A DNA stretch of 64,000 nt from Octopus vulgaris (GCA_951406725.2 OX597815.1:99882001-99946000), one strand, 5' to 3'; shown: positions 28,872 to 42,840, numbered from the stretch's first letter. Notes: generated from the sequence alone by a model not told the origin. Program-made: numbers and translations.

Positions 28872-29871
28872 TTCTGGCCTCGCTTTTGAAAGCGGGAATA
28901 AAAAGTAACCATTTATTTAAAACCAGGATGGTAGATTAATGTGGTGAATAAAAATAGTTGCAATGATCTGAAGTAATTTACAGTAAATTAAATAGGATTT
29001 GAACTCAGAACAGACTGAGAAGAAATACTAAGAAATATTCCAGCAGACGTTCTAAAGATTTCGCCAGTTAGTTCCCTAAGAGTGCATCTAGAACGATATT
29101 TTTTTCCGATATATTCTTCCTGTATTATGATGGTACATTTTAAATCAATGACCACCTTTCATTTTCGCTCTCAAAAGCTAAGCAAGTAATTATCTATGTA
29201 TCTATCTTCCTATGTACCAAGGTGTAAGTGCGTGTGTATGTGTGCGCGTGTGTGTGTGTGTATTTGTGTCTGTGTTGTGAGCATAAATACCATCCGACTA
29301 TTTACATAGGATTAATTTAACATAACAAACAGAAGGAATTAAATAAACATAAAAGCCATGATTTCAAGGAGATGAGACGGTTATTATTTACAGGCTAAGC
29401 AATAGTTCTTGTTTAATCGAAAGTTGAACCTGGTTAAACCTACCAACGCTTCAACATTATGCAATTAGTCTTTTACAAGACAACCAGATGTGGGCTGAAA
29501 GAAATTTGCCTGTTTTTGTTTTTTTTTTTCTAGTAGGCCAATAGATGACGCAGGCGCCGAATCGTTGGATTTGGTACACAGGCAATCAGATCAACAGATA
29601 TATAACAATTGTAACACAGTTCTTTTTCGCCTGTATCTATTCAACACTCGCCCACCTCTATCATTATCAACATCATCATTTTCATCATCATTTTCATAAT
29701 GACCATCATAATGATCAACATCACCATCATGGCCATCATTATCATGAACATGTAGAGGAATTCTAAACGATATGTGTGTGTTTGGCGCGTGAGCATGTGT
29801 ATAAATGTAAACAAACAAATATTTACATTATTTACATTTGATGGATATTTGTACTCATCTTGTTTGTTCTT

Positions 29872-29917
29872 AACACAACGTTTCGGCTGATATACCCTCC
29901 AGCCTTCACCAGGTGTC
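29872..29917 (-). ncRNA. Hammerhead ribozyme, inverted copy with core mutation
   Basis: Minus strand gacac-CTGgTGA-a-ggctg...cagcc-GAA-ACGT-T-gtgtt; A6 changed to G. Confidence 0.75.
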
Positions 29918-30050
29918 CTGGGGAAATTTCGAACCTGGGTTCTCATAGTGGTTAAGAGCGCGGGCTACTAACCCCAATATTCCGAGTTCGAATAATAATA
30001 ACATCAAAAAATACCTTAGGAATGTGAACCCAGGTTCGAAATTTCCCCAA

Positions 30051-30096
30051 GACACCTGATGAAGGCTGGAGGGTATATCAGCCGAAACGTTGTGTT
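30051..30096 (+). ncRNA. Minimal type I hammerhead ribozyme, intact core
   Basis: gacac-CTGATGA-a-ggctg-gagggtatat-cagcc-GAA-ACGT-T-gtgtt. Confidence 0.9.
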
Positions 30097-30278
30097 AAGA
30101 ACAAACAAGATGAGGACAAATATCCGTCAAATGTAAATAATGTACATAGTTCCTCATCTCTCAAATATAGAACTGTGAAAAAAATATTTGTTTTTTATTA
30201 GAAGCGTGGAAATGTGTATCATCTTATATATATGCATGTATGTATGTATATAGTAGTACTTCACCGTTTAGTAATTCC

Positions 30279-30691
30279 TTTCTTTATTGCCCACAAGGGG
30301 CTAAACATAGAGGGGACAAACAAGGACAGAGAAAGGATTAAGCCGATTACATCGACCCCAGCGCGTAGCTGGTACTTATTTAATCGACCCCGAAAGCATG
30401 AAAGGCAAAGTCGACCTCGGCGGAATTTGAACTCAGAACGTAACGGCAGACGAAATACCTATTTCTTTACTAGCCACAAGAGGCTAAACACAGAGAGGGC
30501 AAACAAGGACAGACAAACGGATTAAGTCGAATACATCGACCCCAGTGCGTAACTGGTACTTATTTAATCGACCCTGAAAGGATGAAAGGCAAAGTCGACC
30601 TCGGCGGAATTTGAACTCAGAACGTAACGGCAGACGAAAAACCGCTAAGCATTTCGTCCGGCGTACTAACGTTTCTGCCAGCTCGCCGCCT
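30279..30691 (-). mobile_element. SINE family B, tandem dimer
   Basis: One head (30640-30691) followed by two body+tail units of about 185 bp. Confidence 0.9.
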
Positions 30692-31772
30692 TAAAATGTC
30701 TAGTTATTAAACATATGTGTTGTATGTGTGTGTGTGTGCGCGCGCGTTGTATGTGTGTGCGCGCGCGTTGTATGTGTGTGCATGTGTGTGTGTGTTATGT
30801 TTGTATGTATGTACGTATGTATGTATGTATATATGTATGTATGCATGTATGTATGTATGTATGTATGTATGTATGCATGCATGTATGTATGCATACATGT
30901 ATGTATGTATGTATGTATGTTTGTTAAGAATTCACAAAAAAAAACAAAAGACGAACACAGATGGTGTAGACAACAAACAGATGTATTAGTATGTATGTAT
31001 ATAATTACATGTATAACATTTTACTGACTATAGCCAGATCTGAGAGAGGAGAAAAGGAGAAAAGAAAGCATAATCGATCGTAGGACTTCACTGTTTAGTT
31101 ATTAAGCATGAAATAACGAAAGCGAAAGTTAACCTTCGCAAGATTTGAACTCAATACCTAGAGATATACAAAAAATATCAACGCCCACGTAACTTTTTCG
31201 GTTCGTAGTCTTTTTCCTGTTGTACCTGTTACAAAAGGGAAGGGGGAAAATAACTCTAAAGATAAAGCAGTCCAGGGCACACTATACCCGAAAACACAAC
31301 AGGATGGTCAAGTCTGGAATTCTTCGCTCGTACGTCTTTTTAATCATAGATGACCCCCCCAGGTTAAACAACATTGAACAACAACCTGGTGTTGTAGAGA
31401 AAACATGTAATAAAAGTAATTTACTATGTCGTACGCAAATTGGAAATTTGTTCCCTGTTTTCTTTTATTATCTGATGTCAGTTTCGTTTTCAAACATGAT
31501 AGATTACTTTCAGCAATTACTTTCTCCAATTAGTTTAACAATATTTGCATATATTTATTTATTATCCGTATGTTATATGTTGTTGTTGTTGTTGCCGCCG
31601 CCACCGCCACTTTGTGTTTTTTCAACAGAATGAATATGAATATGGACAATTTACTTCTATTTACCCGTTGGTCTTTTTACTAGTGAAACACACACACACG
31701 CACACATGCGCGCGGGCGCACACACACATACACACACATACACCACACGCACACATACACCCTTACATACAC

Positions 31773-31915
31773 AGGTGTGGATGCATGGTAAAAAGTTTGC
31801 TTCCGAACCACGTAGTTCCGAATCCAGTCCCACTGCGCGGTATCTTGAGCAAATGTCTTCTAAACTTCATGAATGGATTTGGTAGACGAAAGTGAAAGAA
31901 GCCTTCCTCGTATAT
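31773..31915 (+). mobile_element. SINE family A 5' half
   Basis: aggtgtggatgcatggtaaaaagtttgcttccgaaccacg..gtcccactgcgcggtatcttgagcaaatgtcttc...ggatttggtagacgaaagtgaaagaagcc. Confidence 0.75.
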
Positions 31916-31919
31916 ATAT

Positions 31920-32870
31920 TAGAAGCTACATCAGAGATAGTTTAGACATGCTGAACCATCTCCCAGAACAGGTCGGGGAAGAATCCCTCAAGGTCTCCTT
32001 CAATGTTATAAGCCTATACTCCAACATTACACATGGCTATGGAATGGAAGCGGTTCGATTCTGACAAGAACTACATCCAGAGGAAATACCAGAACGAATA
32101 AACAAAACCTTCATCATTGAATCAATCAAATTCATTCTCCAGAATAATAATTTCCTTTTGGATATACCAACTGCTACCGCCAAATATTCGGGAATTGCGA
32201 TGGGCACGAAAGTAGCCCCTACCATTGCCAACCTCACAAAGGGATTCTTAGAGAATTCAGAGAATTCACTGCGAAAATTTGGAAACCCTCTCGCCCAATA
32301 CATTAAAGAGAATTGGAAGTTTTTACCTGGATGACTGTTTCATAATCTGGAATAACAACTTAGACAAACTCCTAGAATTTAAAACACTTCTGAACAGCAT
32401 CCACACAAGCATTCAATTCACAATGGAATACAACCAGGAGGCACTTCCATTCCTAGACATTCTAATTAAAAAAACAAACAACAAAATCGAAACAAACATA
32501 TTTTATAAAACAACAGATACAAAACAATACTTTCTCTTTAGCTCTTGCCAACCTAGACACACAAAAACAAACATCCCCTTCAACCTTGCAAGAAGAATCT
32601 CTTGTCTCAGAGAAAAAACTAGAGATGTAAGACTATAAGAACTGAAAGACGTCCTCCTGGATAGACACTCTACCCAATCCAACTCATTAATGAAGGAATA
32701 AAACGTGCCAAATCTATCATCACCGAGATATTAAGAAAAACCAAAGACATTAACAAACCTCTCCTTAAAACACTACCCTACATTTCCCCATACAACCTCA
32801 GAAACAAAGAAGCATTCAGCACAATCATACAAAACCTACCAATACTACACAAGGACCCAAAACTAAAATA
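31920..32870 (+). mobile_element. PLE reverse transcriptase, pseudogenised
   Basis: SYIRDSLDMLNHLP..VSFNVISLYSNITH.YGMEAVRF; GIAMGTKVAPTIANL; YLDDCFIIW...IQFTMEYNQEALPFLDILI...FYKTTDTKQYFLFSSCQPRHTKTNIPFNLARRI. Confidence 0.93.
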
Positions 32871-32935
32871 TTGCTTCATCTCTATTTACTTATTTCAAAG
32901 ATGGCATCCTACTGACAACAAAAAGTTTTCTCTAT

Positions 32936-32973
32936 ATAAGTTGACAATCGTTGACCGTGAAACCGGTACTTAT
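32936..32973 (+). ncRNA. Decayed hammerhead ribozyme
   Basis: ataag-tTGACaA-tcgttgaccgt-GAA-ACCGGT-A-cttat: perfect stem I and palindromic stem III; CTGACGA has two transitions. Confidence 0.65.
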
Positions 32974-33067
32974 TTACCTTGTAATGATGTAATGATGTAA
33001 TATGATCCTAATATCACCATAAATTATTTTATACAAACTTTCTGTGACTGTTACATTTCTTTTCTTT

Positions 33068-33111
<44 letters not shown>

Positions 33112-33155
33112 TGTGTGTGTGTGTATGTGTGTATGTGTGTGTGTGTATGTGTGTG

Positions 33156-33198
<43 letters not shown>

Positions 33199-33225
33199 GT
33201 GTGTATGTGTGTATATGTATGTTTG

Positions 33226-33258
<33 letters not shown>

Positions 33259-33807
33259 ATACATGCCATACACACCGCACACACTCATACATACACGCAC
33301 ACAATTATACATACATGTATACACACATACGCACATACAAGCACACACACATACACAAAGTAAAGCACAGTTATTCGCCACACACACATACATACACACA
33401 CACTACAAACAAAACACACACACAATACATATACATACACGCACACACACACATACTTCAAACTACCAGTACCTTTCACTGACCGTTCTTCCACATGGGA
33501 GCCACTCCTAATTCATTCTTCCTTGACCTTAAACAATACTAAGCCCTACCACACACGTAGATTAACAGCCACAGCCACCACACACACACACGTGTTATCA
33601 TTGCACATACACACACACGCATACGCATACCTACGCTCACGCACATATCCACACTTACACACACATACCTCCTCTTGCACTCCCCTGTCTTTGAAAGAAC
33701 TTTTTCTTCACCCATTCCCTTCCGGTCTTTCAAAATGTGACCGCGTGTGTACCGTTGGTGATTTTTTTCCTTCCGTCTTCCCTTCTTTGGATCTTTCCTT
33801 TTCCTAT

Positions 33808-33842
33808 GTTTCTGACGAAGAGCTCCGCTCGAAACGTTAAAC
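33808..33842 (+). ncRNA. Minimal type I hammerhead ribozyme, intact core
   Basis: gttt-CTGACGA-a-gagc-tcc-gctc-GAA-ACGT-T-aaac, inside a CA- and pyrimidine-rich PLE-like 3' region (33265-33945). Confidence 0.9.
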
Positions 33843-33999
33843 CCTCCTTCTTTCCTTCTTTCCTGAGCGTCCAATAATACTATACTTGTTCCACGTCCTC
33901 ACGTTGTTGTGTTTTCTCTTTGTGTTTTCATGTTTGGATTAACTATATATATGTGTGTATATATGTATGTATATATGTATGCATGCATGTATGTATGTG

Positions 34000-34220
34000 C
34001 AGGGCTTGTTTTGCATCCGTGTTTATCCTCCACCAACACTTGAAAATCGGTTGTCGTGAGTTTACTTCCCTGCACGTTAGCAATTTGACAAAGAGGCCAA
34101 TAAATAAGTGGCAGGCTTAGCAAAAAATAAATATTAGGGGCGATTCGTTCGAGTAAATTTGTTCAAGGTAATGCCCCAGCGTCGCAGCAGACTAATGACT
34201 GAAATAATTAAAAGATAATA
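34000..34220 (+). mobile_element. SINE family A 3' half
   Basis: cacttgaaaatcggttgtcgtgagtttacttccc...gccccagcgtcgcagcagactaatgactgaaa matches 7130-7300. Confidence 0.65.
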
Positions 34221-34544
34221 GATAATATACGTATACATACAGACACTGTGTTAATATTCAGCAGAGAACCTGGCGGAGTTAGATGTGAATTTTATATAGT
34301 AATAAAGCATATACTCAGCTACTTGGACTATATTTGAGTACAAATTGGCTTGTCTTTCAGTGTAGCTTGTTTAACAGCTTAACATTTGTATCATCTCTAG
34401 AGATTATAGAAATCTGATCATAATTCTAAACATTTGTAGAATATCTAAAGCGACTTCAACAAAATAAAACTTTGATAAAAGCGAAATGTACTTTAATATG
34501 CACGCGCACACACAATAGTATAGTTAGAGAAAGAATACAACATA

Positions 34545-35265
34545 CTTGTGGCTCAGAGGCTGGATCATTTAGCCGGTTCTTTTCTGGACGCAGTCTAAGC
34601 TGTCTAAACTGTTTGTCTCAGCAGCCAGAAGCAACACCGCTCCAGATGTGAGAGAAATACTCTATTGTGAGCATAAATAACCTGAATCTTATTTGAATAA
34701 TTGTTGAGGAATGGCCCTGAAGAAAAAGGATTTTTCATGAGATTTGACCATAACTATATTAAGGGTGTGCTTACGCAAGACACACCTAAATTCTTCTGGT
34801 GATTAAGGGGACGTAGTGGGATGAGTAGTATTCGTTTTCTTCACAACATTGGCATATACTCATTAGAGCATACTTGCAAGGTTTCTGTTTATAGAGTTAG
34901 TGTGGGTGGCGCATGAAGGGAATAGCCTAAGAGTAGAATATGCATAGTTGGAGAATGAGGCAGAAAGATGAGAGAATAATACCATCTGTGTAAGACTGGG
35001 TTTTGTAAGATAGGTAAGATATGGGTAAATAAATAGAGGAGAGTGGGATACAAACTGAACGCGGAAGTTGATAGAATGACAGTCAGAAAGAGGTCTGTTG
35101 AGAACAGCGTGATCTCAGAGAAAGCTATCGACCCAAGAGGCAAGAGACAAGTGGAACCCTGAGAGAAGACAGTTCGCTAAGAGATTCGTATGACAGACAC
35201 GGACAAAAACTTTGCCGATGTCGAGAATGAGAAAACTGCTTTGATCAAAATATCCTCCAAGGCCC
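34545..35265 (-). mobile_element. Jockey/L2/CR1-group LINE RT remnant
   Basis: Minus strand LILDIGKVFVRVCHTNLL...LASWVDSFL (resembles LDISKAFDRVWH..WI.SFL), YTDGIIL (YADD-like) and IEYFSHIWSG. Confidence 0.7.
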
Positions 35266-35277
35266 AGAATGAATGTA

Positions 35278-35340
<63 letters not shown>

Positions 35341-35347
35341 ATTGCTG

Positions 35348-35681
35348 AAACCCCCTTCGGTCATGGCTGGCCATGGGATTGCAACTTGAAGGTTACTCTC
35401 CCAGACACAAGTCCGGGCAAGGTTGTTTTATGGAAGACCAGTAGTCACCCAAGCATACCGGCCTCCCCTCTCCACGCCACGAGTGTTATCCAAGGGAAAG
35501 GGAAAGGCCGATACAGTTTGGCACCAGTGACGTCGCAACTTATTTCTACAGCTGAATGAACTGGAGCAACGTGAAATAAAGTGTTTTACTCAAGAGCACA
35601 ACACGCAGCCCGGTCCGGAATTCGAACTCACTACCTCACGATCGTAAGCTCGGCGCTTTAACCACTGAGCCATGCGCCTTC
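35348..35681 (-). mobile_element. SINE family C, tail type 2
   Basis: Head ggcgcatggctcagtggttaaagcg...gagttcgaattcc; body matches 22898-23192. Confidence 0.87.
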
Positions 35682-35698
35682 ACTATATATATATATTA

Positions 35699-35856
<158 letters not shown>

Positions 35857-36416
35857 ACACACATACACACACATAAACATACATATATATGTATGCGCGT
35901 AGATAGATAAAGTGAAGGAATGTTTGGAGACTTCCTTGAAGAGAAAGATGAGGAAAATCAATGAGAGAGTCTGAACAGTTTGACATTTGCTTCACTGAAT
36001 CACTCAGATTCTTCTGTTTTGCTCCTATTAAATATGTTAAATAAATATCTGCTGAAGAGAACGGTGTTACTGAAATAATAATAATAATACTAATCACTTT
36101 TCATTTGATATCGACGTGAGTAAATTAGTTAATTACGAATGTCAATTAGTTGAAAGCAGGTAACGCATCAGTGAGAAGCTAGTGAAGCTCCTGTCTCAAT
36201 AAAAGATTTTATCCAAAAGCCAATAGTGAAGTTATTAGCACATTCTCTGAAGTAGTCTTATTCACATATGTTCAACTCTATCAAATTCATGTAACTACGC
36301 ATGCATGTATATGGCTACACTCGCTGAAACACATCCCAAAGTAAATAACGTTATACAGATTTATACTTATACATGGATACATACATTAATGCATATATAT
36401 TGAGAGAAATTATATG

Positions 36417-36470
<54 letters not shown>

Positions 36471-36565
36471 TACGTATGTATGTATACATATACATATAAA
36501 TAATTATGTGTGTATAATTATCTATATATGTATGCATGTATGTACGAACTATGTATGTACGCACG

Positions 36566-36599
<34 letters not shown>

Positions 36600-37150
36600 T
36601 GTATGTATGTATGTATGTATGTATGTATGTATGGACGGATACATAAGAGAGAGTGGAGAGAGCTAAAAGTTACAGTCTTTCAGTAGAAGAACGTACACCA
36701 TGTACTGTATAGGTTATATATTCAATGCATAAAGACAGACACTTTTACATACATGCTAGCCCCCTTTTAATCATTCTTTCTATTTTTTCTAATTAAAGAT
36801 AATAGTCTTTCGAATTATTCAATCGTTAGCGAATTATGCAAAAACAATGAAAACCTACTCCATATACCCCGGTCGTAACCTGACTCGTCATATCCAAGCC
36901 AATGAATAGTTAGGACGATCCCAAGTTACAGGATCGGAATGCTAGAATGGGCTTTGACATATCAGATTTGGGAATCAACGAAACTGATGCCATTTGTATT
37001 TATTGTATGCTTATCTTTAATTCGTTTAATGTTGTGCGAATATTTTCCGTTTATTCAATTATTTTCGTTGTCCTGCTCTAGTTTTTCAAAATTAACTCTC
37101 ATTGTTGTTGGTCAAATATTGCAACAGTTTCGTTAATTTTGGTGCTGACA

Positions 37151-37450
37151 AAGGCGACGAGCTGGCAGAAACGTTAGCACGTTCAAATTCCGCCGAGGTC
37201 GACTTTGCCTTTCATCCTTCCGGGGTCGATGTAATCGACTTAATCCGTTTGTCTGTCCTTGTTTGTCCCCTTTGTGTTTAGCCCCTTGTGGGTAGTAAAG
37301 AAATAGAAATAGGTATTTCGTCTGTCTTTACGATCTGAGAGCAAATTCTGTCGAGGTGTCGGTAAATTAACTACCAGTTGAGAACTGGGGTCCATTTAAT
37401 CGACATACATCTTGCTCTGAACTTGCTGGCCTGGTACTAAAATTTGAACT
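37151..37450 (+). mobile_element. SINE family B, internally deleted copy plus second partial unit
   Basis: ggcgacgagctggcagaaacgttagcac joined directly to gttcaaattccgccgaggtcgac; tail type 1, then an older unit. Confidence 0.85.
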
Positions 37451-38261
37451 CAATGTTTGGTGCTAAAAAGTAACTCAAATAAAATATCACGAATTGTATT
37501 TTGCACGATTAATGTGATAGAAATTTTTTGTATGTAAGTACATACACTCACATATATACGTATAAATATTTATACATGTATATACATATATATATACATA
37601 TATACATGTGTATGTGTATATATACACACGTGTAAGTATATATATATGTACGTGCGTATATATATATATACACACATACATATATACACGCACATACAAG
37701 TATTTATATATATATAAATATACGCAAGTTTGTGAGTGTGTATTTACGTTTATAGATAGACGGATTTTTGCTTTATATGTACACACAAATACACCCTCAT
37801 GCACACACAGAGGCATAGGCTAAGTGCGGCGTGCCAGCTGCGTTGTTTTGAGAAACATTATTCCGTTTGTTGTATTCGACTAAGTCATGTACACTGTATC
37901 GCTGACACACTAAACAGCAGATGAATCGCCATTTTCTCCAGTTATGACCTATAACTTTCCTCTACGAGACTACATCCCTAAATAATATGCCTACTGTTGA
38001 ATCTTTACTAGGGAAATCGATGTTTCGTTGGGTGTAGGGTAAGTAGAACCCCATGATCTCCAAATTTTTACTTTACATTGAGCTGAAATGTGGAAGCGGT
38101 GAAGGAAGACAGCCCAAGCTCCGTACTATTTGTATCATCGAACACCGTTATAATGAAGCTACTTATCGATTGCAACGATAGAAGAGAGCTATAAGAATCC
38201 AACAAGAAAGAAACACGAAATGCTAGAGCAAAATCTATTACAACTGACCTTCTATTAACTC

Positions 38262-38960
38262 TTTCTACTCTATGTACCAGGCCTGAAATTTTGAGAGAGG
38301 GGCACTAGTCGATCACATCGACCCCAGTGCGAAATTGGTGCTTATTTTATTGACTTCGAAAGAATGGAAGGCAAATTCGACCTTGTTGTTACGTTCTGTG
38401 TTCAAATCATACCGAGGGCAATTGTGCTTTTTACGCTTTCGTGGTTAATAAAATAACAATCAAGTCCATTAACCTCTTCCCTCAAAATTTCTGGGCTTCT
38501 CCCTATGTGAGAAATTGTTATTGTGCTTTTGAATTAAGGCGGCAAGCTGACAGAACTAGTAACTCCGGATGAAATGCTTTGGGCATTTCGTTTGCTTTTA
38601 CGTTCGGAGTTCAAATACCATCGAGGTTGACTTTGCATTCATCATATCGGAGTCGATAAAATAAGTACCAGTTGTGTAATGCGGTCTATGTTAACGACTA
38701 GCCCCTCCCCACTAATTTCGAGCCTTCTGCCTACAGTAGAAAGAATCATTATGCTAATGGAATGGGAAAATCATTGAAACATTAAACAAAATGCATTGTA
38801 TCATTTCTCCGGCTCTCTATGCTCTAGGTTTGCCTTTCATTCAAATATCGTTCAGGTTTGCCTTTCATTCAGCCAGGTTCATAAAATAAAATACCAGTCA
38901 AGATCTGGTGACAATATAAAATTTCTAGCCTTGTGCCTAAAGAAGAAATTATTCAAGCCT
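38262..38960. mobile_element. Cluster of degraded family B SINEs, tail type 2
   Basis: 38262-38385 (-), 38390-38520 (+), 38537-38748 (+), 38825-38950 (+). Confidence 0.7.
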
Positions 38961-40929
38961 GAGTGGACGTCTATGTTAGAACTGTACGAGGTAACGTGAT
39001 TTTTTTGGTTAAAATTATCTAGAAATATCCAGTTTTACAAACAGAATATTTCGCATTGTTTGCAACTATTCCCTATTACCAAGGGTAGAAGAAGCGCTTG
39101 TCTTTAGACATTTCTATTCTTATATTTTGGCAATCAACCATTTGTAATATTTACACGCATTGCAAGATAGCTGCCTTAGATGTAGCAAAGAGAAAGGCTA
39201 ACTAGAGTGGCTGTAGCAGTAGCCAAAGAGAGGTAAGCGAACACACTTCCAAATTATCCCCACACGAAATAAACAAAGTTTTAAAAAAAACAGACAATGA
39301 AAACGGGTTAGATGTATGATTAATTAGATTACTACTCCATTATAGACCCATTGATCAAAAAATAAAACAAAAAAAGAAACCTGCAGATTTCGAACTGTGA
39401 ACGTGAAAGTATGAAACATAAGAAGGTAATGCATTGAGGTCGGCACTCTATGCTTCCCACCTTCTGAGATGCTGACTTCCGATTAGCAGTATTGTACATG
39501 TTTGTTCGGTGGATCTTTACAGAATGTAATGAGTATTCAAAGTGTTTACATCAAACATGCACAGATAAAGGAGTTTGCTGCCAACTTGTCTGACCAATGC
39601 GTCATTTGTCTTTTTCTTCCTGAACATTGTTATTTAATACATTACACCTTAAAGCACTATCAAATTAAGAGCAGCATCGAAACAATTGCTTATGCTGTTA
39701 AAGATTGCAAATTTTACTATTATTAATTGGAGTACAGTATATGCTCTTTTCTCTACCTAACACTCTTGTAACTTATTTACTCTTTTATTTATTTATTTAC
39801 ATTTTCATGCCTCTTTAGGGTTTTTTGTTTTCATCTCTTATTTTGTATTTATTTATTTTTTTCTATACCTGTCCTTCTTGAAGAAGTAAAATTGTAACTT
39901 TTGTGTCGCTAACATCAGTAAGTTTTAAATTGAGTAATGGATAATCAAGGTTACAGAACATTCTATGTAAATTGTTTCTGCCGTCGAAATTTGACACTTT
40001 TTCATATGTGTACATAGTATTGTACCAAAAATTAAATTAGACGTGAAAAAGAGTGTAGGAGAAAAGGTAAAAAAAACGATAAGATAGATTACGCAGGTCG
40101 TCTGCGGTACAGCAAATGTTGGATTGAGGCTTTGATTGAACATGCATAACACCAAAACAACTTACGCTCTATAAGAATTGGAAGCTGTAAATTGAAAGTT
40201 CGCACATGTGTAACTGAACTGATAGAATGTAATGCACGGTCAGAGAACAGTTAGATGCTTACGGTCTTCTAGATAAATGTATTTACACGTTGGTAAATCC
40301 CAGAAGATTGTATATATTTTGTGCATGTCTACCTTAATATATGTTTTCAGTGAATTATTTACCATCTTCAGTAATTTGTTCTTAACATCTACCTTGATAC
40401 CGACCACACGTTCACACATGCTACACACAGACATTTCCACGCACACATATACACATACACACAAGGAAAATAGATGGCTATCTAACTTTTGTCATCACTA
40501 GCTTTCCAAAGGGACAAGAAAAGTGTGAACAATGATTGCTATCTATTATTACTTATATTATTTTTATTTACTTACTTCTCAGTTTCTGATATATTTTTCT
40601 TGCTGACCATTTTTCTCGTCAATGGAGTCTCTTAGCGACAAATGCTTGAACTCAGAAAAATATGCAATAATATTTGTATATAAATTACTGTGTTTGTATT
40701 CCAGGAATAGTAGTTTTTCATTTATTTCTTGTCATGCTTGTCATGCTCATATATTACACAGCCATGTTTTTATTTCACAGTATTTCTTCCTTCTCACCTT
40801 CCCATGAAACAACTCTTTTTATTGACTTATTTTACTTTGAATGGCTTACACAAGATTGACTAGAAACAGGTTAATTATATGTATTTTTTTTTTAACAATC
40901 AGCCACAATATCTGACCAATCTCCCAAGA

Positions 40930-41345
40930 AACACTTCGTCTCATAAATAGGTTTGAACATCAAATTATTAGGCCTCTCTTTTAATCTATCAGAGTCCACT
41001 CTGGTTTATACTGTCTATATCTCTCCACACTACTTCTTTAACCGCTACTTCACTTGCTACTGCTTCTCGGAACTGACTGATCTCATGTCAACTCTACTCT
41101 GTCCTATCCGACTTACTTGTCTATACTCTTATTGTCATTTATATTTCTCCATCCTCTGGGCTCTCCATTAACCACTTTCCTAGTTCTTCCATTGATACTT
41201 TATTTAAATCCTTTAAAATACGTTCCCTGTCCATGTTTTCCAGAGGCCATTATCTTGCAGTTGTTTGAAAGGAACACCAGCCAAATCTATCTCAGCGTTC
41301 TTCATGGCCTACGCAGCCCATAGTTACAGTTGTTTCCTGTAAGTA
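40930..41345 (+). mobile_element. Jockey/L2/CR1-group LINE ORF2 C-terminal remnant
   Basis: FFNRYFTCYCFSELTDLM...NTFPVH.FPEAIILQLFERNTSQI resembles LFYRYY.G.CS.EL / LWN.LP..VFP....L..FK. Confidence 0.6.
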
Positions 41346-42840
41346 CAACAAAATCGTTATTTTAATATTGAAATATTAAAACAAAGGTAATTTATATGTC
41401 CCATATGTCGCAAAAAAATCTCCATACGCTATTAATCTGATATGAAAATTCCCCGCTTGGAAACTTACCTTTATAACCTTCTTACAAATATAATCAGTTG
41501 CCCTAAGAAGGCGAGCTGGCAGTATCGCTAACACGTCGGGCAAAATGCTTAAAAATCGCAAGACATTTTATCAGTAGTTCTATCAATTCTGTCACTTCAT
41601 TAACAGTTGTTATTGGACAAGTACTTTTCTTTTATGTAAATACAATGCTAGACATTTGGAGGAATGGAAGATTCCATAATAATGACCCCAATATTTGCCT
41701 GGTACAGAAGAATAAAGCAAAAAAAAACCTAAGTGAGATTTGAACTTAGAATGGAAAAGGAGCGCACCTAAATATGCCCAGACATTTTGTCCCAGACTAG
41801 TCCAGAGTACATGGAAGGTTTTATGCGACCATTCACTCTGCGAGAAACAATAACCAAATCTCCTTCAATTTCTACCGTCCAGTCTTAAAAAAAGCGAAAT
41901 ACACATAAAACAATATAGTCGTGGATATAAAAAAACAGACTGGTTAGATGTGGTACTGCTCATGTGTCTGCTTGAGCAGGGTTGGTTCTATAACCAAGAT
42001 ATATATATATATATATATATATATAATACGCTGAGTGCATATGTATATGTGCGTGCGTGTATGTGTGTGTGCTTTGCGCGTGTGTGGTGTGTGTGTATGT
42101 GTGTGTGTGTGTGTGTAACAATTAAGCATATCTCAAAATTACTCGCTGAAATCGTTTTCTTTAGATTTTTATTCGATAGTTCATTGTGTGTCTTTGTCTC
42201 GTAATGTTCAACCAATGTTTTTATGTTCATAAATCCTGATAATCAAATTAATTTTCTCTTTTATCTCATTGGTAAATCTAATTAATATACATATAATAAG
42301 CTTTGCCTCATCAATATATAAAATACGCTATATGTATTTGTATATATACATTATTCCACTATTAATTATCCGACTTCATTTATTCCACTATGTTCCACTA
42401 TTACCTTTTATCTTCAACTTACTGAGAAGTATCATGTATCCAACTTTAGCCTATTAACTACATGCATGTATTTCTTTAAACAGAACGAAAAGAAAAGGAA
42501 TAATTAGAAATTATAGATTGAAAATTCAGAATGTCAAGCTGAAATGGTGCCTTTTCATGTCTATGCAAGAAATATTTATTCTTTAGGAATTTTACAATGA
42601 ATGTGAATAATAATGCACATTATGTACATTTGTAGCTTTTGCACAGAATGTGTCAAATATATTGTAAATACGCAGGTTTTGCAAAAACTAAACTTGCTCT
42701 CTCTTGAAAACCTTTTCAGAAACGGTGTGTAACCTGCTTGTATGATCATGTCTTCATGTTTAAAGGTATATATATATAATTTACTCGTCCTGTCGAAAAG
42801 ACGCTTGTCTGTGACGTTCTGTTTCTGTTGTTATGATTAT

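Larger units (their letters stand above)
29824..30176 (+). mobile_element. tRNA-headed, hammerhead-bearing mini-element with a 5' inverted partial copy
   Basis: 29824-29946 is the reverse complement of 30022-30144; between them tagtggttaagagcgcgggctactaaccccaatattccgagttcgaat (A/B boxes) and (AAT)n. Confidence 0.8.

Noticed and set aside
29545-29766. His-rich ORF
   Set aside because: Degenerate (CAT)n microsatellite.
29946-29992. tRNA gene
   Set aside because: No acceptor stem or complete T arm; treated as a SINE-type head. The same applies to the other SINE heads.
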